Assembly (NCBI GenBank): GCA_026026165.1
Contig: JAPEUD010000114.1
Location: 1 to 48,553, forward strand
DNA: 48,553 nt
Source of the DNA: Sarea resinae
Lineage: Eukaryota
Direction: 5' to 3'
Numbering within the stretch: position 1 is the first letter of the stretch; every line of letters starts with the position of its first letter. The position numbers and the translations under genes are program-made. The notes below the pieces were generated by a model, which searched no databases, was not told the origin of the DNA, and saw nothing but the letters and a program-made list of their open reading frames with translations. Positions 24,001 to 37,100 of this stretch are shown piece after piece.

Positions 24001-24842
24001 AAAATTGCTAATGAAGAAAACGCCGTGTAGCCATAGCCATAGCCGGCTATGTAGGTTGATTGGGAGGAGGGGGGAAGATCTCTATTACTGTCTATTTGAA
24101 AATAGGGGTAGGATACACAGTGATTGCTGGTGGGACAGAACAGCCCCTCCCCATCTCCCACGCCCTGGCCCCGCGCATCCGGGCCCGTTCTGGGCTCTGG
24201 TCTGGAATCCTGTTTTCTTGGTTTCTTGGTTGATGTCATACGTGGGGTATATCATACTTGTCATATCGAGTCGTCGTGTCGTCGTGTCGTATCGTATCGT
24301 ATCTTATCATATTGTATCGTATCCTATCGAACCGCCCACCGAGTGGCTTGACAGAAGTTTTGACAGGAGTCCCACAGAGGGCACAGAGCGCTCGACTCGG
24401 TCTGCTATTTTCGTTTTGCTGTTTTGTCGGATACCGGAGGGTATATGGTGGGATGAGGTGTATCATTCATCTCCCCCTTTTTCTTGTAAGATGTGGGACG
24501 TATGTGGTATCCAAAACCTTCGTGAGTGCTGGGGCTAGGGTTCTAGAGAGTGGGATAGATGCGAGCGTGGTAGGGGGTAAGTAGCGTAATCCAAGGCGGG
24601 GTATCGGTACGGGTCTTTGGTGATGTTGATGGTGATGGTGATGGCCGTGGTGATATTGATGATGATTTTGAAGCGTCCATGCGGTTGTTTGTATCGTCGC
24701 GAATTAGATACGATGATGGTAGATCTTTGAAGCGTCTTCGGTGTTCCACGAGCGCAACAGCGAGCCCCGCCGTCTATTTTCCCTTTTCCTCTCGCCCTTC
24801 CCTTTCCCTGTTCTTACTAGATCGTATCTTGGTTGCGCCAAC

Positions 24843-25525
24843 TCAGTCCACAAAGCCCATTTCATCCGCCATCACGCCCGCCAGCCCTCGACTGGCCTTA
24901 ACGTCCAATCCACTATTGACAGGCGGCCACGCCCTCTGCTTCTGCCGCAGGGCCTCCGACTCCCCAATCGAAGCCGCCAGGTCGTCCAGTCGCCCGTGCA
25001 CGACGTAGCCCTGCTTCGCGAGCTCCGAGGCCAGCTCTAGTTGGTGGTTGTCGAGAAGAGATGGGTTGGGTACGACGATGAGCGGCACCGAGAGCCGCAG
25101 CGCGTCGAGGATGGAGCCGGAGCCTGGGGTATGATACGTGTCAGAGTGGATGCTGTAGATAGAAAGTAAAGATAGGTACAGATAGACTAACCAGCATGAC
25201 TAATCACCACGCCCTCCCTGCCACCCTCGCGCCGATCCCCTCGTGCAGCCAGCATCTCGTCCTTGAGGCCCTCGGTCTTGAAATCGAATCCGCGAATCTC
25301 GATGCCGTGTCTCTCTTCACTGCCCGCGGGGTATTTGGTGGTGAAAGCTGCAAATTGTGCCTCGCCGGCTTGGGAGCCGTATTGCACCGCCAGCGACGTG
25401 TAGTCTGCTTCATGGAGCTCTTGGAGGAAGCCCGGGTCCAGCACAGCGGAGATCAGGCCGTCGAAGGAGGCCGTAGCGCCGATGGTCACGAAACAGTGTT
25501 TTGAGGTCGATGATGGTGATAACAT
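24843..25525 (-). CDS. ALG13: UDP-N-acetylglucosamine transferase subunit ALG13 (GT28 C-terminal domain)
   Basis: ATG at 25525, intron 25191-25124 (GTTAGT...CAG). Motifs CFVTIGATASFDGL, LAVQYG, VVISHAGSGSILDALR and PLIVVPNPSLLDNHQLELA. Confidence 0.93.
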
Positions 25526-25841
25526 AGTTGCGGATGCGATGTCGCAGTGTGTAGTCACTGGCGTTATTTGTCTATCCGTTCGTGCTCTTGTCTGTTCTTT
25601 GGTTCATTCCGCGCATCGCATTTCACTGTTGGTGGTTTTTGGTGTTGATGGACATGAATATCTGCAGTCCGGGGAAGAAGCACGAACCGAAAGTCTTGGC
25701 GCCCGTTCACCGGCGCTACGGCGTACCACAACGACTGCTACCGACATCTCAAGAAATTCAATTCAACACCAATTCCATCTTCACCGTTGGCCAGAAGCCA
25801 CCTCACCTCACCTTACAACACACACCCTCTCCCTCTCCGCC

Positions 25842-27225
25842 ATGGCCAGCACAGCGGTCAATCGGCTGAGCCGTGCTGCTCAGAGCTGCTCATGCCGCAT
25901 TACGACTCGGCAGAGCCACCACATAAGACCAGCGACGGTAGCAACGGTAGCAACGGCCGCCATTGCATTCTACCGACCCTTCTCCTCGAGCATTTCCTAC
26001 CGCGATAAGCAGGGCGGGTCTGCAAAGGACAATGCAGGCGCTTCATCCTCCAATCCCGACCTCCTCTCCATGCTCTCCCCCTCGGACCGCGCCTTCTACG
26101 ACTCCCTCTCCGAAACGGACCGCACCGAGTTCCTCACTGCCTTGGAACAACTCAACGCACACATGACGAAGCCATCAGTCGAGGCGTCTCTGAACTCGGT
26201 CGTCGCCGCCGCTGCCCACACAGTCGACATCGAAAACCCCAAACCGCCATTCATGCGAGAAAGAATAAACCCGAACTCGTATGCAGCCATGGGCGAGGCC
26301 GATCTCGATGGTACGGGCGGCGACGACGTGTTCGAGGAGGACGATATCAGTAGCCTGGCTCATGCCGAGCTGGAGCAACATCGTGAGATTAGAGACTATG
26401 CGAGGATTGCCGCCTGGGAGATGCCCCTGTTGAGTAGTCAGTCTCTCTTGCCCATTCGATTATTCCTCCTTCAATTCCATGGCTGAGCGGACCGGACTAA
26501 CATTCATGGCATCGACAGAACTAGCCAAACCGTTTACACCCCCATCACAGAACCAGCCTCTCCGATTCCGCTACACGAGCTACATGGGCGAATCGCACCC
26601 AGCCGAGAAGAAAGTGGTCCTCGAATTCTGCACGCAGGACATGCCGGACCTGACGGAAGCGCAACGAACTAAGTTGATAAAACTAGTCGGCGTGCGCTAC
26701 AATCCGGAGAAAGACCTCGTAAAGATGAGCTGCGAGATGTTCGAGACCCAGGCGCAGAACAAGCGCTACCTGGGCGATCTAGTGGACACGCTGTTGCGGG
26801 AGGCTAGAGTACGTTGTGCTTTTGCTTTGCATCTCCCTCTCTCTCCCTATATATCTCCCCTTACTAATACCCTCCCCTTCGCCCCCCTACAGGATCCCAC
26901 CGACACATTCGCCGACGTCCCTTTCGACTTCCGTCACCACCCCATAAAAGCCAAACCGAAATACCCCGCGCACTGGCGCCTGACGCCCGCGCGCGCCGCC
27001 GAGCTGACCGAGAAACGCGCCCTGCGCCACCTCCTCGACACGCAGCGCGTCTCACAGGGCAAGCTAATCGACGGCCACTCGGTGATCACCAAGGCGCTTT
27101 CTGCGGCACAAGCGCAGCAGAGTCCCATCATGGTTGAAGCTGCTGGGGCTGCTGGTGGTGCGGGCGGAGCGGCACAGAAGGGCGGGAAGAAGGGGGGGAG
27201 GAAGACGGCGCCGCTGAGGAGGTGA
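25842..27225 (+). CDS. RSM24: mitochondrial small ribosomal subunit protein mS35 (Rsm24)
   Basis: ATG at 25842 with an Arg/Ser/Ala-rich presequence; introns 26437-26518 and 26809-26892. Motifs ELEQHREIRDYARIAAWEMPLL, KPFTPP..PLRFRYTSYMGESHPAEKKVV, KMSCEMFETQAQNKRYLGDLV and DTFADVPFDFRH. Confidence 0.92.
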
Positions 27226-27496
27226 GGTGAGGCGTTTGTTGATTGGTATTGGTGAGGCTGGCGACAGACGTGGGTGGCTGGATGGCCGAGTGTATGATAT
27301 TGTACTACTTCGTCGCCACGTTTGTGTTCTTCTTCATGATCATCATCTTCATCTTCATGTTGAATCTTTACAAGAAAGATAGATCGATTATAGAGAGGAG
27401 TCACTCACGTGGCTTCTCAAGCGACTTCAACCCGTCTAACATTGATATCCACTCGTAAATCATCGTAATAATGAATCGCGGTCAGAAAAACAATAT

Positions 27497-27769
27497 CGCC
27501 ATGGCCGGGACTCGAACGCGCACGCGCCGTCCCAAAGAGGCAATCAAGGTACATAGCGTCATTCCGGGGCCGCGACCGGCGGCAAAAAAGCTCAGATCGC
27601 CCTAGCCGCCCTGGCCCTGGACCGATCCTACGAAAAGCCTTCCCAGAGGTAAAGCACCAAGTGTCGAGTAGAGATACGGAACGGCGCCGGATGAAGTAGC
27701 CCAAGGACTCTCCCGTAGGCGGCCGTTCGGCCCTCCAGACGCCGGCACTCGGTCGCTCCACCTCTGGCG
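27497..27769 (-). ncRNA. candidate structured non-coding RNA (family not identified)
   Basis: GC-rich intergenic segment with nested complementary helices on the minus strand, several needing G-U pairs: CCUACGGGAGAG/CUUUUCGUAGG, GCCGGCG/CGCCGGU, GGGAC/GUCCC, CGCUAUG/CAUGGCG. It also has a B-box-like GTTCGAGTC and U-runs. Confidence 0.4.
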
Positions 27770-29281
27770 TGGGTTTATCTCAATGCCGTAGTTGTGTGGC
27801 AGTAGCTGAAGGGATGCGGTTATCACTGGAGTTATCGGGTCGGTCAGGCTTCCGGGATCCATGTACCCAGGGTCCGAATTGGGATAGACATTTCATCTCC
27901 GTTTTCACCTCTACCGCCCAGGCCAGACTAGCCTTCGCGGGATAAAGGCTGGCTCTTCATGCTTATATACCTACCTTTCTGTCTGCCTCTTGTGAATGGT
28001 TTCACTGCAGATGCTGGAGGGAGCGAGTATACCCCACCCACATTGGTCGGAGCCGTGAAGCTGGCACAATTGATATGTCGACTCTATATCATCTCGATGG
28101 CTTGCTGGGCTCAACCTGTAGCTTGCGGGTTCTTTACTAACACCATCAGACTTTCCTTGTTCAACGAGTATGCTTGCATTGATTTGTCTCCTTTCTCATG
28201 AAGTTGTGGTCGGCCATGTAAGGTAGGCTTTGTCTGTCTGCCTGCCTCTGCTGCTACTTTCCCTATTGGTAGTAGGTAGAATTCTAACCTGAAGTGAGAC
28301 GCATAGACCTAGTTCTTTAGAGAGCTAGAGAGATCGGGATCTTATTCTCTATCGCGTTTTCTGTTTAGAAAGGCACAGCTACTACCACCCCTTTGACGTT
28401 TCCATTACTGCTTCATGAGGATATCGTCGTCCACGGCCTCTATCTTCCAGTATCTTGGTCGTACAAACCTAGTCCCACTGGACCAGGCTCGAGGCTTACG
28501 AATATATCGTCCAATATCTGCTTTATTGCCTATGTGTCTGTTCGTTTCGATGATGCAGGTCAGGAGGAAATGAGACTCTGCTGGCAGGGTCGTTCAGGAA
28601 GAGATATCTGAGGATGTTGAACAGATGACAAGGAGTGGCTGCTAGTAAAACAGTCTCTCCTTAATTTCAGTCCTGGCGCGGAAGAAACTTAGATTCAAGA
28701 TGGCCTTGCTAGCATTGTTACTCAGTCTAAGCTCTTTGGTAGTCACAGGACAAGTGGAAGGCTCGGAAGGTCCGCGAGACTTGTTTGGAATCGTGGAGTG
28801 GAGTGGAGATGGCTATGGTCTATTGTCTCGAACAAAGCTTCACTCTATAATATTCCGAAAAGCTATCATGGTGTGGAAGTTGTAATGAGTGACGGCGAGG
28901 CTAAATATAGAGAACACAAGCACAATGCAAAAACGCAGCTCGTAGCCTTTTACTTTATAGAGCTTGATAACCAAAAGATCGAGCAAAATGCCAGCGCAAA
29001 GAACAGAGAACGAAGACAAGAGACTTTCGAAGCAAAAGTCGATGAGATAATTACGCAGCATAGGTGCAGAAAGCGAGGGTCAATTGCGTACATGTTTAAG
29101 GAGGATGTGCTTTTATAACGACAGTCGTAGTGTAGCATGCTCAAAAGGGGCTCACATGACTTGTACACTTAGCTCAGTGCTGGCGTTGAGGAAAGCTTCG
29201 TGCGGTGGCCGTAGCCAATATCAAACCCTCTTGTGCCGATGCAGATTGGCTCATGCCAGCGGAGGAACGAAGAAGGCCGTT

Positions 29282-30355
29282 CTAGTTGAATCTGCCATGG
29301 CCAATAGGAAGTTCGTTCTGGCTACCTGCCATCCGACGGGAAAGGCGCGGTTGATTAAAGGGAATTCCAGAATACTTTTCAGACCTATCAAGAAGCCCAG
29401 GACTGGTCACTGCGACCTCTTCCATTTGCTGTTTCTCTTCTGGCGATGATTCTATTGAGAGTAGAGGATAAGGTGACGCTGCACTCTGGACAGCAAGAGG
29501 CGATCGCCTGGTGGGACTGGTCCTCATAGATGAATCGATCGGTGGCGGGGGCTGAGTCCAGCTAGATTTGGCTACTTCTGCTGACCCTTTCGATCTTCCG
29601 CTGAAGGCTGGACCGTCCCCGAGGTCTATAGCGCTCCGCTCGCGGTACCATCGAGGGATGCCACGCAGGCCCACTTTCTTCAGGGTCTCCGCATCGGTTG
29701 GCATCTCGTGCTTGAAAATGCAGCCTTGTTGCATATAATCGCATTCTCCGTGTCGGAGCCAATAAGAGCAGTACTTCTTTTTCTCCAAGTTCACTGGACC
29801 AGAGTTATTCGACGATGGCTGAGAGCTGCGAGTTATAGTTTTGGGCGCTAATGAGGGATTGCTGCTGATGATGGCATCTAGTACAGACTTGGGATTATCA
29901 GCAAAGGCGTCAATAACCTAGCAGTAGAGCCCTACCTGTGTATGGCCATGGTTTCCCGCCACGCTGCCATTTGCTTTCCGCCAATCGGCAGAGGACAACG
30001 CCACAGCAGAATCGGGATCCACAAATGAAGGAGCTGATGCTGTCTTGGTTATGCCGCGCTGTTCACTTGTGCCGGCTCTGGTGATCGACGCCTTGGCCAT
30101 AGCATCTGGAGCACTAAAGGTATGTGATGATCCAAACCGGCGGCTAGAAGGAGAAGCTTCTGCTTCTTCGAGTTTAAAGCGGCCGTAAGAATGGTAGTAG
30201 CCTAGGTTGATAATTCCTTCGGCCTCCTCGAGGTTCAGGGTCCGTGTTATACCCTGCAGGTGGACGTTCGGAGGAAGCTGGTCCAGAGGTATAAGAGGAA
30301 CAAGATTCCCGTTCGGACGGGAGATGTAGAAAAGCAGAGTAGGGTTCATGGCCAT
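29282..30355 (-). CDS. C3H1 (CCCH) zinc-finger protein, conserved fungal hypothetical
   Basis: ATG at 30355 (MAMNPTLLFYISRPNGNLVPLIPLDQLP), intron ~29935-29878 (GTAGGG...TAG). Exon 2 has KKKYCSYWLRHGECDYMQQGCIFKHEMP..L..VGLRGIPRWYRE. The 3' end is less certain. Confidence 0.8.
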
Positions 30356-31686
30356 TGCGGTCACGGAAAGTACGTTCGAAAATTTGTACCTCTGATGAAC
30401 GATGAGATGAACGATGAGATGATTTGACGTAAGCTCTTGCACCGTTGGTGGCTCAATGAAAACAGGACACGTCTTTGTATTCGCCGGAGATGAATATTAA
30501 ACGCGGCGAAATAGAGTCTGCTCGGAGTGCTGGCCGACAGGAGACGCAGCGGGGATGATAGGAGCAAGGATATCGAACCGTGGATGGTCTCTTGTAATTT
30601 TGACCCGTGGACGAAGCAGAATTTCGTTGCGATTCGTCCTTTAGCTGCAAGTTGATATAACCTATAGAATGATAATCGGGCAAGACGAGAGGCTATATCT
30701 TGAAACAACGTATGAAATTTCAAGACTTCCCAAGGAATGCAACAAAAAAGAGTTCGTAAATATGGAAGGCAGAATAGCGGTGAGATCTATACCGTATTAT
30801 ATAGATTGCTGAATTCTCAACCTTTCCGTGGGTTGGGCCGACAGGACGCTGCAAGCATGCAGTGAACGCGATGCGGCAAACGGATAGCCTTCCCTCCCCG
30901 GCATCTGAACAGCGAGAGCCGCAGCCTTTTGCGGAGTTTGTCTTGCCAAACAATCAATCGTACGCTTTAAAAGTTTGCATGACCGACAAAAGTAAGGAAA
31001 CGGAAGACAGGAGCTATGCAAAAGCAAAAGAGATCCCGAATCGGTTGTCAACATGGATTGACCGGCGGGCATGCGAGTTGCCGTTTCGGAAAGCTGAACG
31101 ATACAGTTGGGCCCAAATTCAAAGCACCAGCAAACACAGCAGTCCCGCGGCATCATCTTCTAGATGGTGAAGGGACGGATGGCCGCAGAGTCTCGGGATC
31201 GCCCTCTATGGACGCTCATCCAGATCTTTCTGACATATGCCCGGCTGGGTAAGGCATCCTTTCTTCCCGTGATCATGGGGATCGTACGGGAAGATGGAGC
31301 CTGACGCCAGATGCGAATCGAAGCCCCCAATTAATGCACCGATTATCCACGACGAGGTTCCTCTTGTTCGTCTTGGTCATCTTGAACGCCTTGATCATCT
31401 TGATCATTTCGATCGTGTCGTTGAGAACCTTGAAGTCTTTATAGCTGCGGTGTAATCATAGGGCTTGTTAAACGACTAAACCCGTTACTAGGCCGTGGGG
31501 GCCCAGCCCGGATTCTTGGGTGCCGGTAAGGTGCCCACCAACAGGTAATCACCTTCAGCCGTTGGATTGGCTGCCAAAGAGGGAGCTTCAATTAGGTAAC
31601 TTCAAGCACCCAAATCTTTCAATAGTTTCCGAATATAAAGATACAGAGTCTACGAGACTGTGAAGATACAAAGATACTACAAGTTC

Positions 31687-33637
31687 TTAGAACATTTTGT
31701 TGGCTCTCTGCTGCTGTAAATCCTTCGGAGCAGTGGAGGGATGCGGCTCGCGCATGAATGCTTCACATAAGAGTGCAGCAGCAACGCTTACGTTCAAGCT
31801 ATCAACGCCACTCTGATTAGCCCGTAAACCGCTGATGCTCACATCATGGACAGCTTTCCCCCGGAGTGTCTCTCGAAGTCCTTTTCCTTCCCCTCCTAGC
31901 ATCAAGACGCAAGGATGTTTCCAGAGCGGACTGTCAAGATTATCTGTCGTGACAAATCGCTGCGCGGCCCCAGCGCCCGGTAGGGAATTATCCGGAGGAG
32001 GCATGGCTGCGTAGAAGTTCCAGCCGTTTTTCATACTCCCTTGAACGAAAGCACGGGGACTGGGAACAGACAACAAAGGCATGAACTCGGCAGCTCCAGC
32101 GGCGGCTTTCAGAGCTACGGGAGATAGAGGAGCGCTGGGAGTCATTCATTTTAGCAAGCTGACAAACGGCACGTCGCTGAGACAAGGATTTGCGACTGCT
32201 CACCAGGTTCGATTTCCGATCGCGATAGCGTCAACGCCAAAGTAAAACGCCGAGCGTAGTATAGCCCCAAGGTTGCCGGGATCAAGCTTTAGGTATAGTA
32301 AGCTTTGAAGAATTTTACTGGAAAACGTGAATTCGGAAGCCTACAATTTCATCCAGCATCAACACAAATGGGTATCTCCCCTTCCGTGCCTGATATTGAA
32401 TCTTGTTCTCTGTGCCATTCACAATGGCCTCTTCACGTGACTGTTGACGGAGCTGAACTTCAAAATTATTCTGAGACGGAGAGGCCTGCTGCAAACTGTC
32501 CACAGGCAACTTGGGTAGTGGCGAGGCTTCGAGAATCAGCCGCTAGTGTGCAGGGTTAGTTTCTGAATGTCGTAAGGATTTCCATAGTTGTCAACACACA
32601 TTATGAGGCCTGTTATCACTCATCTTCTGCATAAGTGCCACCCAATCTCCTCCTGTGACGGTCTTTGGTGCCACCCCAGCAAGAAGTGCTTCCTTTTTGA
32701 CCTTCCTATCTCGCGATAGAGCTTCTTCGTCTTCTTCAACCTCAGGACTGGTGTATATATAGAGCTTGTACAGCTTCCGTCGCCGTGCTTTCAGAGCCGC
32801 CGTAACTGGGGAGGTCCCATAAAGGAACTCCGATGCCGAGGTAGTGTAAGGTATAGACAAAGGTACAACTCGAGAGGGTCGCGGTTGTTTTGGGCCATCA
32901 CGTAGAGTGAATCCGCCTTTAGAGGATTGATCTTTCCCTTGAAACTTGTCTTCCTGTGCGAATCGTGCCCTGTCATTATCGATAGCGGACGAGGACTTCT
33001 TTTGCGCGTACCGAGCGTCATTAGAACTCCTCGAGTCGGACCCGATGTTGCTGTCTCTTGGAGCCGATCGGGCTACAGTTTCCTGCTTTGAAAGCCAGCG
33101 CGCGGGTCGGGGTGAGTCCAGATGACTTCCATCCGAGTACCCGTAACGGGAATCCTTCCGCTGTCCTGGATGTGACCGAGCATCTCGGCCATTAGAGCCG
33201 GGCTTAGTATCTTCTTCTGCATCCTGCCTCTGTTGATAACCATCTCTGCGATTGCTCTGGTCTTGATATTTTTCCTGCCTCCTACCTGCGCTTGGGTACC
33301 TGTTTATATCGTCGTTCCTAGGCCTTCGGGGCCTCTCATCATGGTACGCGTTCGGTTTCCTCTCCGGGTAGCGATCTCGACGTGTGCCTTCGTCCCTGTT
33401 TCCATTCCATCGGGGAGGCCTTCTGTCTTCAGTAATATCATCTCTTTGACCAGTAAAATGCCCATCACTTAGGTTATCATCCCTTCTGGCAGCTGGCCGA
33501 GAGCGCCGTATTCCTCTGTGTATGGCCGAGTTCAGAGAAATCGTACGCCGTAATTGGGGTTGAGATTGGATGTTGATGTGCCTGAATGTGCCCTGGGCGA
33601 AAAAAGCCCACGTCGGACTTATAACCTTTTGGCTCAT
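31687..33637 (-). CDS. MRM1: mitochondrial rRNA 2'-O-methyltransferase MRM1/Pet56 (SpoU/TrmH family)
   Basis: Four exons (introns ~32599-32544, ~32344-32287, ~32203-32136). Motifs IPYTTSASEFLYGTSPVTAAL, RPHN..LEASPLP, LMLDEILDPGNLGAILRSAFYFG, LMLGGEGKGLR and VDSLNVSVAAALL; N-terminal presequence-like region. Confidence 0.92.
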
Positions 33638-34140
33638 GACGAATACATGTTGTTCTGGCGTGCATGAATTGGGCGGACGACCGGATGATTAGAAGACAAT
33701 TTGATATGTTTCCGTTGACCGCTAGGTGTGTTGGATATTCAATAGTAAGAGCATGCCGGTGTTGAAGCTCTTCACCGAGAAAATAAGTCGGTTAACTTTG
33801 ACGTCGTGTCGCGCAGGGATACGAGCTGCCTCGCTTATCGTGCTTGTCGCGTCTCCCAATTGACTTATCCAGCTGTCCATACCAATAAACCTCACTTACT
33901 ATGGATCGTCGCGCCTTCTTCTAAGCTATTTCATACCTCAGATCCGTTGAGGCATCATGGCTCTTTGCCGTATATTTTGTTGCTTTACACTTTACAACTG
34001 AGAGAATCTATGGATACGACCTCATCGATTGGTAATGTCTATAGCCTTTCATAAAGCACCCTTTTAATTAAGCAAGCATATCTAGACTAGCTCTTTGGCG
34101 GGAACGTTTTACCTCAGGGCTAGCCTCCAGCTCTGAGACA

Positions 34141-37100
34141 ATGTCCCAAGAAGCTCCTGATATCCTCGTCGGCGATGTTATGGAGCTGGATCATGGAGAT
34201 GGTGAGGTTGTAGCTCATGAAAACAGCGAGGGAATGCCGCCCGACACGAAAGATTCTCCCCAGTCGAGCAATGAGAACTTGACGGCGTCGATACGTGGAC
34301 GATCTTCTGAAGTAGCTGTCGAACTACCACTTGTAGACAAGCCTCATGACTATCAGAGTTTTCCTGAAGAAATCACCGTTCAGAAAGTTCTGCGAGAGGA
34401 GGAAGATGCGGGCAAGCTGTTCTATCTTACTCGATTCCGGGATCGACATATCGAGCATGTGAGTTGGAAATTCTATGAAACACTGCCTTCCCAATTTGAA
34501 GTCGTCCTGTTTGATGTTCAGTGGCCTTTACTTTCAATTGACATAACTTCGATATCCTAAGGCCGCTAACACTACACAGGTCTCATTTGACCGTCTCGTA
34601 AATCTGACCGGTGGCTTGTCGGCACTGGATGCGTTCAATCAAACCTCACAGAGTCAGCAACTAAGCGACGAAGGGATGTCTTCTTCTGAAGAGTCGGATC
34701 CTATGGAACCGCCGCGCCAGGGCCGAGCTAGACCCATTGGCTTGATCGAATTTTCTTCAGATGACGATGATCTTAATATGGCAGTACCCAATCCCAAGAA
34801 GAAACCTCTCCGAAGTTCTATGTCACGTCAGCAGCGCTCGAATAGTCTGAAATCATTGTCAGGTTCACGATCTTCAACAAATTCAGAGTCCGCCGCACAG
34901 CCCAAGACAAGAGCGAGTACTAGGGCAACGAGATCTACTGGTGCCACGACTCGGACGCGGCCAAGTTACGCCGAAGCTCCAATCGAGTCGTCTGACGAAG
35001 ACCTCCGTGGTGCGAAACGCCGTCGGCAACGAAAACGACGGCAGTCTTCCGGATCAGACAATTTCCCAATCGTTGAATCAGACATTCTTCCCAACTCCGA
35101 CTCCAGGTTGAGGAAGCGCAACAAGGGCTCTTCCCGTCGAAGCGTACCCGAGACTCAACTTACAGGAGGGTTGCTCATGGAGGCAGCGGGTTCGAGGCGT
35201 TCTACGCGGACCGGGCGACCGATCAAGAGTATGATTGAACGTGGCGAGGATGAGATTTTTGCGTCTGATGATGAGGACGATGAGACGGTACGGAAAGCCG
35301 TGGGTGCCCGAGAAATATTCAAGGAATTACCTCAAGACAACGAGTTTCTGCTCGTTCATACGAAACACTGCGATAGTTGTGGAAAGTTTGGCGGTAGCCA
35401 GAGCAATAAGCTGATTCATTGTCAAGGGTGCTCGCTCTCTTATCACAAGAATTGTCTCGGGCCTCGAAATCAGCGTGAACACCTTGTTACTAAAGTTGGT
35501 GAAGGCGACTTTGTTCTTCAATGCCGACGATGCATCTGCTTTGTTCTCAAAAAGGACCCAACAGCCCCAAAACAAGATATTTGTCAAGTCTGCAAGGAGA
35601 TTGGTCCAGCTTGTGAACCATTCAGAGAACGTAAGACTGCTCGGGAAGAAGAAAAGGACCGAGAAGAAAACGGAGGCGAAGATCCAATCGTCGAAGTTGA
35701 AGAAAAGCTACTAAACAACCCCAGAAACGTTCTTTTCCGCTGCATGCATTGCTGGCGCGGATTCCACTTCTCTCACCTCCCACCTAGAGGACCTGATGGA
35801 CGCTTGGATGTTGACGATGCTCCTGGCATCGAAGCTCGACGACTTCAGGAGTACAGGGAGGATTGGCAATGCTCAGATTGCGTCCAAAATCCAAGTAAGA
35901 TTGCGAGCTTAGTGGCATGGAGGCCTACCAATGAGAACTATATTCCCGGATTCTCTTCAGAAATGGTCATTGAAGACGAAAAAGAGTATCTGATTAAGTG
36001 GGATGGACTCTCGTATTACCGGACCACTTGGATGCCTGGTGCTTGGGTCTGGGGCGTGACGGCAGCTGCCATGCGAAAAGCTTTTGCGAGAAGAGAAAAT
36101 GGGTACAATATGCCAAAAATGACTACGGAGGAGGCTATTCCAGAAGAGTATTTGCGGATAGATATCGTCTTCGATGTCCGCTACGCTATTCCGACCCGCG
36201 ATACAATAGAAGAAGATGAAAAAGACCGTATTAAGGATGTCGACCGAGTATATGTCAAATTCAAAGGACTCGGATACGAAGAAACGGTCTGGGAGGATCC
36301 TCCTAAGCCCGAGGATGAGGAGCGCTTCGCTGATTTTGCAGCAGCTTATAACAACTGGGTTTCCGGTAGGCATATCCATCTTCCAAAACCCCATCAGCTG
36401 AAAGAGCGCCTGGAGAAATTGCGAGAACGTAACTTCGAAGGGGAAGTCATGAAGAAGACACAGCCTGCGGGGCTTACGGGCGGTAAATTGATGGATTACC
36501 AAATGGAAGGTCTCAATTGGATGCTTTACAACTGGTACAAACGCCAGAACGCCATCCTGGCCGACGAAATGGGGTTGGGAAAAACCATTCAAGTCATTGG
36601 ATTCATGGCCACTCTGATACAAGATCACGAGTGCTTTCCCTTCCTTGTGGTCGTTCCGAATTCCACTTGCCCTAACTGGCGCCGCGAGATCATGACTTGG
36701 GCCCCGTCCTTACGGGTCGTTACATATTTTGGCTCTTCGACCGCTCGAGACCTTGCCTTCGATTATGAACTCTTTCCAGGCGGCAAAAAGGCACTCAAAT
36801 GCCATATTGTCGTAACATCCTATGAAACGGCGTCAGACATGAGCTGCCGAAAGTTCTTTCGAGCTGTACCTTGGGTCGGGTTGATCGTGGACGAGGGTCA
36901 GCGATTGAAAAATGACCAGAACCTTCTGTATGCGTCTCTTGATGCGCTGAAAATCCCTTTCAAGATGCTGCTCACAGGTGACTGACCATGCTCTTGGCAT
37001 TTCTAAACACCTAGCTAACAGACTCTAGGGACTCCTTTACAGAACAATGCGCGAGAGTTGTTCAACTTACTTCAATTCTTGGACAACAACATGGACGCTG

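Noticed and set aside
27497..27560. tRNA gene suggested by GTTCGAGTC on the minus strand
   Set aside because: The T-stem does not pair (GCGCG vs CCCGG), and no D or anticodon arms can be built at canonical spacing.
27620..27720. RNase MRP/P assignment from GGGAGAGUCC (CR-I-like)
   Set aside because: Its partner strand forms a simple nested stem, and no CR-V (ACAnnnGGGGCUUA-like) motif is present near the 3' end.
28390..29170. Short ORFs downstream of the CCCH gene
   Set aside because: No motifs; consistent with 3' UTR or intergenic sequence.
32552..32560. GGGTTAG telomere-like word
   Set aside because: Single copy that corresponds to the CTAAC branch point of an MRM1 intron.
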